From the NCBI GenBank assembly GCA_010909165.1, contig MU008169.1, positions 2,170,001 through 2,234,000 of the forward strand: a stretch of 64,000 nt of DNA, written 5' to 3'. This stretch comes from Anthoceros angustus (taxonomy: Eukaryota > Plantae > Anthocerotophyta). Shown here in pieces: positions 1 to 13,149 of the stretch. The translations under genes were made by a program, and so were the position numbers. The notes under the pieces were generated by a model that ran no database searches, was not told the origin of the DNA, and saw only the letters and a list, made by a program, of their open reading frames with translations. Position 1 is the first letter of the stretch; each line of letters opens with the position of its first letter.

Positions 1-1376
1 TTGAATGAAAAGCGTGTCGGATGTTGTCGAACACAAGGTAAGAGAGCATATGCCCGGCCACTACGAGCCCTAGTGAGAGCCGAGTATGTGAAGAAAGAGA
101 GTTGGTCGCCCTAATGAGGATTTTGACCAAATGGTCGACTAAGATTTTAGTGAGGCTATGAAGGAGGACCTGCTATACCCATTGTGACGCATCGCATTGG
201 TGTAGTTCGAGACGAACCATAGCCGAGCCAAGAGATTTTGAATTTAAGATCTAACTTGCACCATGTGCCGCCGTGGGTGGACTAGTAAGGTTGAAAGCGG
301 TACGGACAAGGAGAAATGTAAGCCCAAGAGTTCGGTCAAGAAGCGTTGAGGAGGCATGACCATCCTTTAAGACCTTGCCCGATTCTCGCTCAAGGCCTAG
401 AGCAAAGAACTCAAGTGTGGCTTGTCTCGGCATGGAGGGGGTCGGTCGATGGTGTGCTCGCATCGTGATTTCGTGATGGGGTTTGAAAAGAACATTGATG
501 TGAGTGTCGGTGCGCGGTGGCAAGTGTACAGCAACTGGAACGAAAGTGTTTGCACACAAGTATCGGCGCAATCTCCAAACCCGTGCACTGACTCTTTGAG
601 TATAAGTGCGCCAACGTCCTGCACTCCCGCTCTTTGAGCATGAGTGCGCCATCATCCAGATCTTCTTTTGTATTGGCAAGTGTATGGGTCTAGTTCTCTT
701 AATCCACTTTAATTGGCAAAATTTGACGTGTTGCCAAAAGGGTTTTGAGACAAACCCTTCCGGAGAGACACAAAGCAAAGTGTCACAAAGCAATACGGTA
801 GAACGTACTCCAAAGCATGCACATCACAACAAGTCCCATGTGATAATCCGCTGGTCGCCATATGCTTGTCCACGCAAGGCGATGCGGCATTGTTTTAGGG
901 TTGCTCCCATACCGTGTCCCGACGCCTTGGCCGTGAAACTCGGTGAGGAGTCGGACTAGCACAAGGAGCATTTAAGTTCCGGGACCCCAAGCTTCCACAA
1001 GGCTATTCACCGGTACGTTGATCGATTACAAGTTCAAAGGTAGGGATGTCATGCTCAAACGCACAAGAGTTGACGCTCACGCATCCACCAACCTCAAGCT
1101 TGTCGAGAAAAGCATACAACAAGCGCTAGCTAGGGCGGAGTGGTGTAGCACCGCCACTTGACCACGTGGCCATCGGTGACGAAGGTCCCGAAAGGAGAGA
1201 AGACTGCGGCGCATCTGCGATAACATGTCCCTTGCCTCAAGGACATTTAAAGAGGAAGGTTCCCTACTAGTATACAAACGAACATGAACGAACATGTAGC
1301 CCCCAAGGCCTTCACGAGGTATATTGCCACACATAAATACAAGACAACGGATGAGGAATGTGACGAGAGAGATGAA

Positions 1377-1480
1377 GAAAATTGAATCGAAAATGCTTGA
1401 TAGAAAATTAAGAATAGAAAAATGCTTGAATAGAGAAAATTAAGAATAGGAAATGCTTTGATAGAGAAAATTAAGAACAT
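1377..1480. repeat. AT-rich ~30-bp minisatellite (GAAAATTAAGAATAGAAAAATGCTTGAATAGA-like, ~3.5 copies) inside the unit
   Basis: Directly visible. Also present at ~8770-8872 and ~39485-39590. Confidence 0.8.
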
Positions 1481-2679
1481 CACATCTTTTACACTAGGTG
1501 GTCTTGCGTTTAAGTTTTTGGGCAATTTTCTTAAAAACGGTTATTCTGTTTGGATGCTATCATAACATAAAGTTCTATGATATGAATGCCGCATCAACTT
1601 TTTCCACTCTCCAACAATCTTGCGATTCATCTAACTCTTATTCCTCTAAGTCATACATCCGGTCAAGGGAACTATGTTGGCATGTTATAACTTTGGCACG
1701 TCATACATTTGCTCTTCACATGATACAAATTATAGACACAATGGCTAGTAGTCGAGCAAGTGCACACATTTGATTGTATTATGTGCATTGACCCGCCACA
1801 TTTGCATCAACACATTCCTCATTGTCCTCTCGTAGTGTGTGCTTCTTGCAGACCAAATTATGCTTGGTGAGCTCGGCACATAATAATATATGAGATAGTA
1901 GTTGACCAAGTCTCGGACATGTTGTGTCGCCTTCTGTCGCCAGCTTGGGATTACGTGGGCGGCTCGAACTTATAATCGATGCTAGTGGGCTTGGAAAGAT
2001 TGGTGTTATTATCCCATCTCCTAACCCTAAAAGAAGATTGAGATAAATCATGAGCACATGAGCCATATGAGTGGATGAAAAGCTCAAGACACCTAGAATG
2101 AAGTTTGACAAAGCGAATCAAGTAGCACAACGGAGAAACCAAGGTTATTTAAGGTTGAGCTATTGGCCCGGCGTGTATAGTACTTACTCTAGAACAAATC
2201 CAAGACTTGCATAGAGAAAATTACTATAGGCTGCATACCATCGAGATCAATTTTCTTAAAGCATGATTAATATATATATTTCCACCCAAAACAATAAGAT
2301 TGTGGATTCTCTTTTAGAATTTGGTTTTCGATTGCATAGCTGGAGTTCCAACCTATACCACACCGTCGGACCTTTGGCGGATCAAATGCTTCTTCAATAC
2401 CGGCCAGCTAATCGATCCACGGATGCTCGGCGTCTGAGAAGTGATGCGTGCATACGGTTCAATTCGTGTTGTTCAACGCATGTTTGTAGGTGTTCTTTTG
2501 CTAGTGAAGATGGGTTACTCATCGGTTGGCACAAAAACATTTTGGAAGACTTGGTTATTCATTGACTGCACAAAAACCACAATGAAACGGAAAAACTATA
2601 AATAAATAGCTTGATATAAATAACAAGGATAATAATTTTTATTTTTATTTTTATTAAAACTTAAAAGCAGAATGTCAAA

Positions 2680-3186
2680 ATGTCTTTAAGAACAAGAAAA
2701 GAAAAATGGATATCACCATCTTTTAGTGAACAATCTTATTTGATGATGATCGAGAGTTATCATGAGCTTTTGATACGTTATCGCGATAGATTGCCTTGGA
2801 GGCCTATATATGTGGGGTCATGTTGCAATCTTGAACAAAATTGTGCTTGCCTTGTTGTGGGTTTTACATCTCCGTGTCTCACTACATCTTGGGTTGTTAG
2901 GCTTTCCGCTACCATGGCTCTTGTGAAAATGTCCATCATGTTGAAGACGATTTTGCTCATGATGGTCTTTCTCTTGGGCTTTGGAGGGCCACGGCAATGT
3001 TTGGAGGTGCTACTACCAAGGACTTGCACGTGGACTATGAGTTCGCTCGATGCGAATGTGGTGGCTATGCTGGATCCGATCAAATATTTCCACCTTATCC
3101 AACCGCCGGTTGTTGTTCATATTTGCGGTGGTTGGGACCCGGTGCATGTGCCAAGTTATGACAGCTGGTGTAATGCGGATGTATGA
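2680..3186 (+). other. Possible ORF of unknown function in the tandem unit (MSLRTRKE.WISPSFSEQSYLMMIESYHELLIRYRDRLPWRPIY...)
   Basis: 168-aa ORF downstream of an AT-rich tract with CTATAAATA (~2595). The N-terminal frame is retained in copy 3 (~10070). No recognisable domain. Confidence 0.25.
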
Positions 3187-5916
3187 TTACATCACGGGTT
3201 GCAATTTTAATGACTCAACATTGTTGAAGACAGTGGACGGAAAAAGTTGACAGGACAACACTCTTGCCATGGAACTTTTTATGTTGAGGTGCACTTTTGG
3301 TCCTAATAGTTGGATCTGTTGGATAGATGTTCAATGCGTAGTTCTAAGTGATTTGGTTGTATGTAGCGGATGTAGCTTGTTGGGTAGAGGAAGGAAAAAG
3401 AGTTGACGTGGGTATTCTTGCCATGGAACTTTGATGTTGGGATCTACTTTTAAAGTAGTAGGGAGTTCTCATCCGATTATAAATGAAAATGTTTTTCATT
3501 TAAAGGTTTTAAATATAAATGATCTCTTTGTTGATTCTAATCCCGTATGGAGCTGCCAATGTGTCTCCGGAAGGGTTATTCGCCATTAAAGGGTTTGGGT
3601 TCCTAAAGGCCAAAATGACCTTCAAAACGGGCCAAACGCATCATCTTGAAAACCACTCTTTAGAGATGTACAAAAAGACATTGACCATGTTATTTTCTCG
3701 AACACTTACGCGAGGTTTTAAGCCAAGAAGGTTCGCAAATTTCATCTTCACAAGGAAGGATTTCAAGGATTTATATCGGGAATTCTAAACACCTCTTTCG
3801 TAAGCAAAGATTCAGGTTGAACAAGAGGGCAAACCAAACCAAACCAGTCCAACAAGCCAAAAATGCGCCGAGCGTCCGGCGCAACATACAAAGCAACTCC
3901 CAAGCCCAAAACAAGCAGACCTGTCGGACGTGCGCAATTGTGAAGGACATCAAGCGGCTGATGTGGCCATCTCGAGAGGGACAAACTAGGACTCTAGAAA
4001 ACAGCACCACGCCTAGTGCAATGTAAGTACACAGTGGATCTCCATTATTAGAGTGAAAGCAGGAGGAAGAGTAGAGAAGCAGTCGCTTTGAGGCCACCAA
4101 TGTTTGGAGGTGCTACTACCAAGGACTTGCACGTGGACTATGAGTTCGCTCGATGCGAATGTGGTGGCTATGTGTTGGATCAAATATTTCCACCTTATCC
4201 AACCGCCGGTTGTTGTTCATATTTGCGGCTGGTTGGGACCCGGTGCATGTGCCAAGTTATGACTCACAATTGTGACCGCAACGGATGTATGATTACATCC
4301 CGGGTTGCAATTTTGGAAGCTCAACATTGTTGAAGACGAGTGGACGGAAAAAGTTGACACGAGCACTCTTGCCATGGAGCTTTTTATGTTGAGGTGCACT
4401 TTTGGTCCTAATAGTTGGATCTGGATAGATGTTCAATGCGTAGTTCTAAGTGATTTGGTTGTATGTAGCGGATGTAGCTTGTTGGGTAGAGGAAGGAAAA
4501 AGAGTTGACGTGGGTATTCTTGCCATGGAACTTTGATGTTGGGATCTACTTTTAAAGTAGTAGGAGTTCTCATCCCGATTATAAATGAAAATGTTTTTCA
4601 TTTAAAGGTTTTAAATGGTCGTGATCTCTTTGTTGATTCTAATCCCGTATGGAGCTGCCAATGTGTCTCTCGGAAGGGTTATTCGCCATTAAAGGGTTTG
4701 GGTTCTAAAGGCCAACGACCTTCAAAACGGGCCAAACGCATCATCTTGAAAACCACTCTTTAGAGATGTACAAAAGACATTGACCATGTTATTTTCTCGA
4801 ACACTTATGGGTTTAAGCCAAGAAGGTTCGCAAATTTCATCTTCACAAGGAAGGATTTCAAGGATTTATATCGGTCTTGGGAATTCTAAACACCTCTTTA
4901 TAGCGATACTTCCTAGCAGTTGAGCATGAAGCAAAAACCAAACCAAACCAGTCCAACAAGCCACATCTCCGGCGCAACCAACATGCAAGAAGCAACTCCC
5001 AAGCCCAAAAGCAACGCGACGTCCGGCGCAAGGTGTGAGGACATCAAGCGGCTGATGTGGCCATCTCGAGAGGGACAAACTAGGACTCTAGAAAACAGCA
5101 CCACGCCTAGTGCAATGTAAGTACACAGGATCTCCATTATTAGAGTGAAAAGAGGAAGGAAATGGGGCAATGCGCTGAGGTTCGGCGCATTGGCGCGAGT
5201 GTCTTGAAAACTGCAGCAGACGTTGGCGCATTTCTGAGTCCCCAATCTTGCCGGGCATCCAACGCGATGGAAGTGGTGTATTCGAGACCCCAATCTTGCC
5301 GGGTGTCGGTAGCGATGGAAGTGTTGGAGTGGATCTGTAGGAGCGTATTTGTATATGTATTATTTCTATCCGATAGAAGAATATGTGCTTTGGCGGGGCG
5401 TGCAGATAGACCGATTAACATAAGAACTCCAAAGTCCAGCCGGGTTGGATCGATAGGATGGGGTGTTTGTTTTGGTAGTTTGAAAACTTTGTAAGAACTC
5501 CACCGTCAAGCAACTTGGGGGATCAATAGAGATGGGGTGTTGATTTTAGTGGTTTGAAAAATTTGTAAATCATCCACATATCTAGGTTTAAAGTATGGAA
5601 TATTGGTTTTGAAAATCATTTGTTGGTTGACGTTATGTTCATACATTCGCTTTGTATACACATTTAAAACCTTTTCGGCCTTACTCTATGTTACTGACCC
5701 TACCTACGACTTGCACTAGACCTTTTTTGTAGTCGCCAAATGTCCGGCTAATCCGAGTTTGATGCGTATAGATGCATGCGCCTTGGTTTCTAGATGAGCT
5801 ACATTTTCCAAAATTTGACATGTGTAATGGTGGTTTCGATGGCCAACCTTTTGAATCGACAATGTTTCACAATGTTTTCTGAGAGGAAATGAAAATAAAG
5901 ATAATTGATGATCGCC

Positions 5917-6935
5917 TTGATAATAAGCGTGTCGGATGTTGTCGAACACAAGCGTAAGAGAGCATATGCCCGCCACCACGAGCCCTAGTGAGCCGGTGAG
6001 TATGTGAAGAAAGAGAGTTGGTCGCCTAAGCAGGGATTTTGACCAAATGGTGACTCGATTTTAGTGAGGCTATGAAGGAGGACATCAAGCGGCTGATGTG
6101 GCCATCTCGAGAGGGACAAACTAGGACTCTAGAAAACAGCACCACACACGCCTAGTGCAATGTAAGTACACAGTGGATCTCCATTATTAGAGTGAAAAGA
6201 GGAAGGAAATGGGGCAATGCGCCCGAGGTTCGGCGCATTGGCGCGAAGCCGCCAAGGACGCTCGGGCGCATTTCTGAGTCCCCAATCTTGCCGGGCATCC
6301 AACGCGATGGAAGTGGTGTATTCGAGACCCCAATCTTGGGTGTCCAGCGATGGAAGTGTTGGAGTGGATGCGGACGTCCGGTATTTGTATATGTATTTCT
6401 ATCCGATAGAAGAATATGTGCTTTGGCGTAGATAGACCGATTAACATAAGAACTCCAAAGTCCAGCCGGGTTGGATCGATAGGATGGGGTGTTTGTTTTG
6501 GTAGTTTGAAAACTTTGTAAGAACTCCACCAAGCAACTTGGGGGATCACCGAGATGGGGTGTTGATTTTAGTGGTTTGAAAAATTTGTAAATCATCCGAT
6601 CTAGGTTTAAAGTATGGAATATTGGTTTTGAAAATCATTTGTTGGTTGACGTTATGTTCATACATTCGCTTTGTATACACATTTAAAACCTTTCTTACTC
6701 TATGTGCCCCGACCCTACCTACGACTTGCAGCTAGACCTTTTTATTGGTGTGCGCCAAATGTCCGCTAATCCGAGTTTGATGCGTGTATAGATGCATGCG
6801 CCTTGGTTTCTAGATGAGCTACATTTTCCAAAATTTGACATGTGTAATGGTGGTTTCGATGGCCAACCTTTTGAATCGACAATGTTTCACAATGTTTTAC
6901 AGAAGTAAGAAAATAAAGATAATTGATGATCCGCC
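5917..6935. repeat. Tandem unit copy 2, internally deleted (~3.8 kb missing)
   Basis: Follows the unit start to 'tatgaaggaggac' (6083), then continues directly with 'atcaagcggctgatgtgg' (unit position ~3949). Confidence 0.85.
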
Positions 6936-9900
6936 TTGAATGAAAGCGTGTCGGATGTTGTCGAACACAAGTAAGAGAGCATATGCCCGCCACCACGAGC
7001 CCTAGTGAGAGAGTATGTGAAGAAAGAGAGTTGGTCGCCTAATGAGGATTTTGACCAAATGGTGACTCGATTTTAGTGAGGCTATGAAGGAGGACTGTCT
7101 ATACCCATTGTAGCGCCCTGCGGTGGTAGTGCATTCCGGAAGTGAGGAGAGGCGAACCATAGCCGAGCTTCGCCAAGAGATTTTGAATTTAAGATCTAAC
7201 TTGCACCATGTGCGGCCGTGGGTGGACTAGTAAGGTTGAAAGCAGTGCGGACAAGGAGAAATGTAAGCCCCAAGAGTTCGGTCAAGAAGCGTTGAGGAGG
7301 CATGGCCATCCTTTAAGACCTTGCCCGATTCTCGCCCAGGGGCCTAAATGACAACTCAAGTGTGGCTTGTCTACGGCATGGAGGCGGTGTCGAGGCCAGT
7401 GTGCATGCGTGGGAGTTTCTCGTGATGATGGGGTTTAGAAAGAGAGTTGGTCGCCCTAGGAGGATTTTGACCAAATGGTGACTCAGATTTTAGTGAGGCT
7501 ATGAAGGAGGACCTCTATACCCATTGTGCGCCCTGCTGTGGTGCGGCTAGGTGTTCGAGACGAACCATAGCCGAGCTTCGCCAAGAGATTTTGAATTTAA
7601 GATCTAACTTGCACCATGCGGCCGTGGGTGGACTAGTAAGGTTGAAAGCAGTGCGGACAAGGAGAAATGTAAGCCCAAGAGTTCGGTCAAGAAGCGTTGA
7701 GGAGGCATGACCATCCTTAAGACCTTGCCCGATTCTCGCCCAGCCTAGAGCAGCAACTCAAGTGTGGCTTGTCTCGCATGGAGGGGTCAGTCGAGGTGTG
7801 CTGGCATCGTGATTTCTCGGGATGATGGGGTTTGAAAAGAACATTGATGTGAGTGTCGGTGTGGCAGTGGCATGAGTGCTGCAAGTGTGCAATCAACTGG
7901 AGCAAGTTCTGCACACAAGTATCGGCGCAATCCTCTCCAAACCCGTGCACTCTGACTCTTTGAGTATAAGTCGCCAACGTCCGTGCACTCCCGCTCTTTG
8001 AGCATGAAGTCGCATGGCGTCATCAGTACGTATCTTCTTTTGTATCCGTTGGCAAGTGTATGGGTCTAGTTCTCTTAATCCACTTTAATTGGCAAAATTT
8101 GACGTGTTTCTTCAAGCCAAAAGGGTTTTGAGACAAACCCTTCCGAGAGACACAAAGCAAAGTGCTCATGTCACAAAGCAATACGGTGAAGCGTAGATCA
8201 AAGCATGCACCACCACGAATAACAAGTCCCATGTGATAATCTGGTACATGCATATGCTTGTCCACGCCGCGATGCGGCATTGTTTTAGGGTTGCTCCCAT
8301 ACCTTGTCCTGACGCCTGGTGAAACCCGTGAGGAGTCGGACTAGCACAAGGAGCATTTAAGTTCCAGGACCCCAAGCTTCCACAAGGCTATTCACAGCAA
8401 TTACGTTGATCGATTACAAGTTCAAAGGTAGGGATGTCATGCTCAAACGCACAAGAGTTGGCGTTCACGCATCCACCAACCTCAAGCTTGTCGAGAAAAG
8501 CATACAACAGCGAGCGCTAGCTAGGCGGAGTGGTGTAGCACCGCCACTTGACCACGTGGCCATCGGTGACGAAGGTCCCGAAAGGAGAGAAGACCGCCAC
8601 AGATCTGCGATAACATGTCCCTTGCACGCCTCAAGGACATTTAAAGAGGAAGGTTCCCTACTAGTATACAAACGAACATGAACGAACATGTAGCCCCAAG
8701 GCCTTCACAGAGGTATATTGCCACACACATAAATACAAGACAACGGATGAGGAATGTGTGAGAGATGAAGAAAATTGAATCGAAAATGCTTGATAGAAAA
8801 TTAAGAATAGAAAAATGCTTGAATAGAGAAAATTAAGAATAGAAAAATGCTTGATAGAGAAAATTAAGAACATCACATCTTTTACACTAGGTGGTCTTGC
8901 GTTTAAGTTTTTTGGGCAATTTTCTTAAAAGACGGTTATTTACACCGAGATGCTATCATAACATAAAGTTCTATGATATGAATGCCGCATCAACTTTTTC
9001 CGCCATACTCTCCAACAATCTTGCGATTCATCTAACTCTTATTCCTCTAAGTCATACATCCGGTCAAGGGAACTATGTTGGCATGTTATAACTTTGTACG
9101 TCATACATTTGCTCTTCACATGATACAAATTATAGACACAATGGCTAGTAGTCGAACAAGTGCACACATTTGATTGTATTATGTGCATTGACCCGCCACA
9201 TTTGCATCAACACATTCCTCATTGTCCTCACGTAGTGTGTGCTTCTTGCAGACCAAATTATGTGAGTGGTGAGGTACCACATAATATATGAGATGGTAGT
9301 TGACCAAGTCGAGGACATGTTGTGTGCATCTCATAGCTTGGGATTACGTGGGCTTCGCTCAACTTATAATCGATGCTAGTGGGCTTGGAAAGATTGGTGT
9401 TATTATCCCATCTCCTAACCCTAAAAGAAGATTGAGAATCGTCATGAGCACATGAGCCATATGAGTGGATGAAAAGCTCAAGACACCTAGAATGAAGTTT
9501 GACAAAGCGAATCAAGTAGCACAACGGAGAAACCATCAAGGTTATTTAAGGTTGAGCTATTGGTCTGACGTATGTAGTACTTACTCTAGAACAAATCCAA
9601 GACTTGCATAGAGAAAATTACTATAGGCTCGCCACCATCGAGATCAATTTTCTTAAAGCATGATTAATATATATGTTTTCCACCCAAAAACAATAAGATT
9701 GTGGATTCTCTTTTAGGAATTTGGTTTTCGATTGCATAGCTGGAGTTCCAACCCTATAAAATCAATGACCTTTGGATCAAATGCTTCTTCAATACCCGCC
9801 AGCCAATCGATCCACCGGATGCTCGATGCTCTGAAAGTGATGCGTGCACATCCGTTCAATTCGTTGTTCAACGCATGTTTGTAGGTGTTCTTTTGCTAGT

Positions 9901-12210
9901 GAAGATGGGTTACTCATTGACTTGACCAAAAAACATTTTGGAAGACTTGGTTATTCATTGACTAGCACAAAACCACAATGAAACGGAAAAACTATAAATA
10001 AATAGCTTGATATAAATAACAAGGATAATAATTTTTATTTTTATTAAAACTTAAAAGCAGAATGTCAAAATGTCTTTAAGAACAAGAAAAGAAACCTGGA
10101 TATCACCATCTTTTAGTGAACAATCTTATTTGATGATGATCGAGAGTTATCATGAGCTTTTGATACGTTATCGCGATAGATTGCCTTGGAGGCCTATATA
10201 TGTGGGGTCGATGTTGCAATCTTGAACAAAATTGTGCTTGCCTTGTTGTGGGTTTTACATCTCCGTGTCTCACTACATCTTGGGTTGTTAGGCTTTCCCA
10301 TACCATGGCTCTTGTGAAAATGTCCATCATGTTGAAGGCATTTGCTCATGATGGTCTTTCTCTTGGGCTTTGGAGGGCCAATGCAATGTTGAGGTGCTAC
10401 TACCAAGGACTTGCACGTGGACTATGATTACGCTCATCGGTCATATGGTGGCTATGTCTGTTGGATCCGATCATATATTTCCACCTTATCCAACCGCCGG
10501 TTGTTGTTCATATTTGCGGCTGGTTGGGACCCAGGTCATGTGCCAAGGTTACGTTGTGACCCGCGCAGGATGTATGATTACATCCTGGTTGCAATTTTGA
10601 TTAAGCTCAACATTGTTGAAGACGAGTGGACGGAAAAAGTTGACACGAGCACTCTTGCCATGGAGCTTTTATGTTGAGGTGCACTTTTGGTCCTAATAGT
10701 TGGATCATTGGATAGATGTTCAATGCGTAGTTCTAAGTGATTTGGTTGTATGTAGCGGATGTAGCTTGTTGGGTAGAGGAAGGAAAAAGAGTTGGCGTGG
10801 GTATTCTGCCATGGAACTTTGATGTTGGGATCTACTTTTAAAGTAGTAGGAGTTCTCATCCCGATTATAAATGAAAATGTTTTCATTTAAAGGTTTTAAA
10901 TGGTCGTGATCTCTTTGTTGATTCTAATCCGTATGGAGCTGCCAATGTCTCTCGGAAAGGGGTTATTCGCCATTAAAGGGGTTTGGGTTCTAAAGGCCAA
11001 AAAGCGACTTCTTGACAACCAGCGCATCATCTTGAAAACCACTCTTTAGAGATGTCCAAAAAGACATTGACCATGTTATTTTCTCGCGAACACTTACTGG
11101 GGTTCTGGCAAGAAGGTTCGCAAATTTCATCTTCACAAGGAAGGATTTCAAGGATTTATATCGTGTCTTGGGAATTCTTTCATACAACAGTGCTTCCCTA
11201 GCAAGTTGAGCAGTGGGCAAACCAAACCAAACCAGTCCAACAAGCCAAAGTACCGAACGTCCAGCGCAACATGCAAAAGAAGCAACTCCCAAGCCCAAAA
11301 TAGCAACCGCTACGGACGTCCGGCGCAATTGTGAGAGGACATCAAGCGGCTGATCGGGAGCATCTCAGAGGGACAAACTAGGACTCTAGAAAACAGCACC
11401 ACACGCCTAGTGCAATGTAAGTACAGCCACAGGATCTCCATTATTAGAGTGAAAAGAGGAAGGAAATGGGGCAATGCACAATTTAGAACGTTGGGCGGAA
11501 TAATGGCTTGCAGCGGACGTTGACTGCTGCCGAGAGTCCCCAATCTTGCCGGGCATCCAACGCGATGGAAGTGGTGTATTCGAGACCCCAATCTTGCCGG
11601 GTGTCCAGCGATGGAAGTGTTGAGTGGATGCGCGGACGTCCGGCGTTGTATATGTATTATTTCTATCGATAGAAGAATATGTGCTTTGGCGTAGATAGAC
11701 CGATTAACATAAGAACTCCAAAGTCCAGCACGGGTTGGATCGATAGGATGGGGTGTTTGTTTTGGTAGTTTGAAAACTTTGTGAGAACTCCACCAAGCAA
11801 CTTGGGGATCAATACCGAGATGGGGTGTTGATTTTAGTGGTTTGAAAAATTTGTAAATCATCCGGTATCTAGGTTTTAAAGTATGGAATATTGGTTTGAA
11901 AATCATTTGTTGGTTGACGTTATGTTCATACATTCGCTTTGTATACACATTTAAAACCTTTTCGCCTTACTCTATGTGCCCGACCCTACCTACGACTTGC
12001 GCTAGACCTTTTTTGTTAATGCGCCAAATGTCAAAGCTAATCCGAGTTTGATGCGTGTATAGATGCATGCGCCTTGGTTTCTAGATGAGCTACATTTTCC
12101 AAAATTTGACATGTGTAATGGTGGTTTCGATGGCCAACCTTTTGAATACGACAATGTTTCACAATGTTTTACAGAGAAGTAAGAAAATAAAGATAATTGA
12201 TGATCCGCCT
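6936..12210. repeat. Tandem unit copy 3 (with ~0.4-kb internal duplication starting ~7438)
   Basis: Collinear with copy 1 from start to end. The 'agagagttggtcgcc' block is repeated at 7441. Confidence 0.9.
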
Positions 12211-12405
12211 TCAAGAATGAAAGCGTGTCGGATGTTGTCGAACACAAGCGTAAGAGAGCATATGCCCTGTGGAGTGCCAAATCGATGTCCGTAGTACTCT
12301 TGGCGCTTGTTTTGCTTTTTCGGTCACATCATAAGAGGGATAGGGAGGACTTAGCCAATAAGGCCATTTTTCGCCGAGGTTGCACTTGCGGTAACTTTAG
12401 ACCCC

Positions 12406-12770
12406 GGTCGAGGTCCGATGGAGGGTCTGCCCGGGCGAGGTCCGACGGAGTGGTCCGTCCGGGCGAGGTCCGACGGAGTGGTCTGCCCGCGAGGTCCGAC
12501 GGAGGGTCTGCTCGGCGAGGTCCGGCGAGTGGTCTGCCCGGGCGAGGTCCGACGGGAGGTCTGCCCGGCGAGGTCTGACGGAGTGGTCCGTCGGGCGAGG
12601 TCCGGCGAGGGTCTGCCCGGGCGAGGTCCGGAGTGGTCTGCCCGGCGAGGTCCGGCGAGGGTCTGCTCGGCGAGGTCTGACGGAGTGGTCTGCCCGGCGA
12701 GGTCCGACGGTGGTCTGCCTGAGAGGTCCGGCGAGGGTCTGCCCGGCGAGGTCTGACGGAGGGTCTGCCG
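12406..12770. repeat. GC-rich ~28-bp degenerate tandem array (GTGGTCTGCCCGGGCGAGGTCCGACGGA-like) in LTR
   Basis: Roughly a dozen contiguous copies. Equivalent array at ~14411-14716. Confidence 0.85.
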
Positions 12771-13149
12771 GGTGGTTTAGTTTTGCAGTATCGCCGGTAT
12801 GGATCACTGTTAAGGCGGAAGCAGGTGCAAGAAGTCCGGATGAGCATGCTCTCCATACGACCAGGTTAGGTACATACATAGGTGGTTAGGATACACATAA
12901 AGAAGTTAGGTTAGGGTATGGGAGTATATAGGAAGGCCCAGGCCCAAGACGGTGACTATCCGGGTACCATCTTCGGCCCTGTGTCTTCGCCTGCTCGAGG
13001 AGCGAGTGAGTTCTCGCCACCGCAAGGATTAATTGGTGGTAGAGGGATGTGTTTAGAGCTCAGCGACGAGCCCGCCAACACGCTTGATGGGTGCAGACTG
13101 GCCGGACTCGAGCTCGTGAGGTGCTCATGGGTGATTTCGGCGTAGACTA

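Larger units (their letters stand above)
1..5916. repeat. ~4.9-kb tandem unit, copy 1 (includes ~1.1-kb internal duplication 4088-~5150 of ~2985-4060)
   Basis: The start 'gaatgaaagcgtgtcggatgttgtcgaacacaag' recurs near 5917, 6936, 12211 and 42971. Internal blocks are collinear across copies (e.g. 'gggtctagttctcttaatccac' near 686, 8062, 17498, 43650). Confidence 0.9.

Noticed and set aside
1970-2010. IIDASGLGKIG in the unit as an RNase H DAS motif
   Set aside because: No further RNase H or RT motifs in frame nearby.
2860-2890. Minus-strand VRHGDVKP as a kinase catalytic loop
   Set aside because: No downstream N, DFG, APE or Gly-rich loop. It is an isolated chance motif.
1-5916. Tandem unit as Helitron, rDNA/IGS or LTR
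   Set aside because: No Rep/helicase motifs, rRNA sequence, or PBS/PPT-flanked TG...CA ends could be identified. It is left unassigned.
12406-12770. ~28-bp repeats as a CRISPR array
   Set aside because: The repeats are contiguous and degenerate, with no unique spacers and no cas genes, in a eukaryotic LTR context.
12329-12879. Pro/Arg-rich ORFs over the GC-rich arrays
   Set aside because: These are stop-poor translations of tandem repeats in several frames, not genes.
12864-12915. GGTTAGG/TTAGGG motifs as telomeric repeats
   Set aside because: Only scattered single motifs inside an LTR, with no tandem telomere tract.
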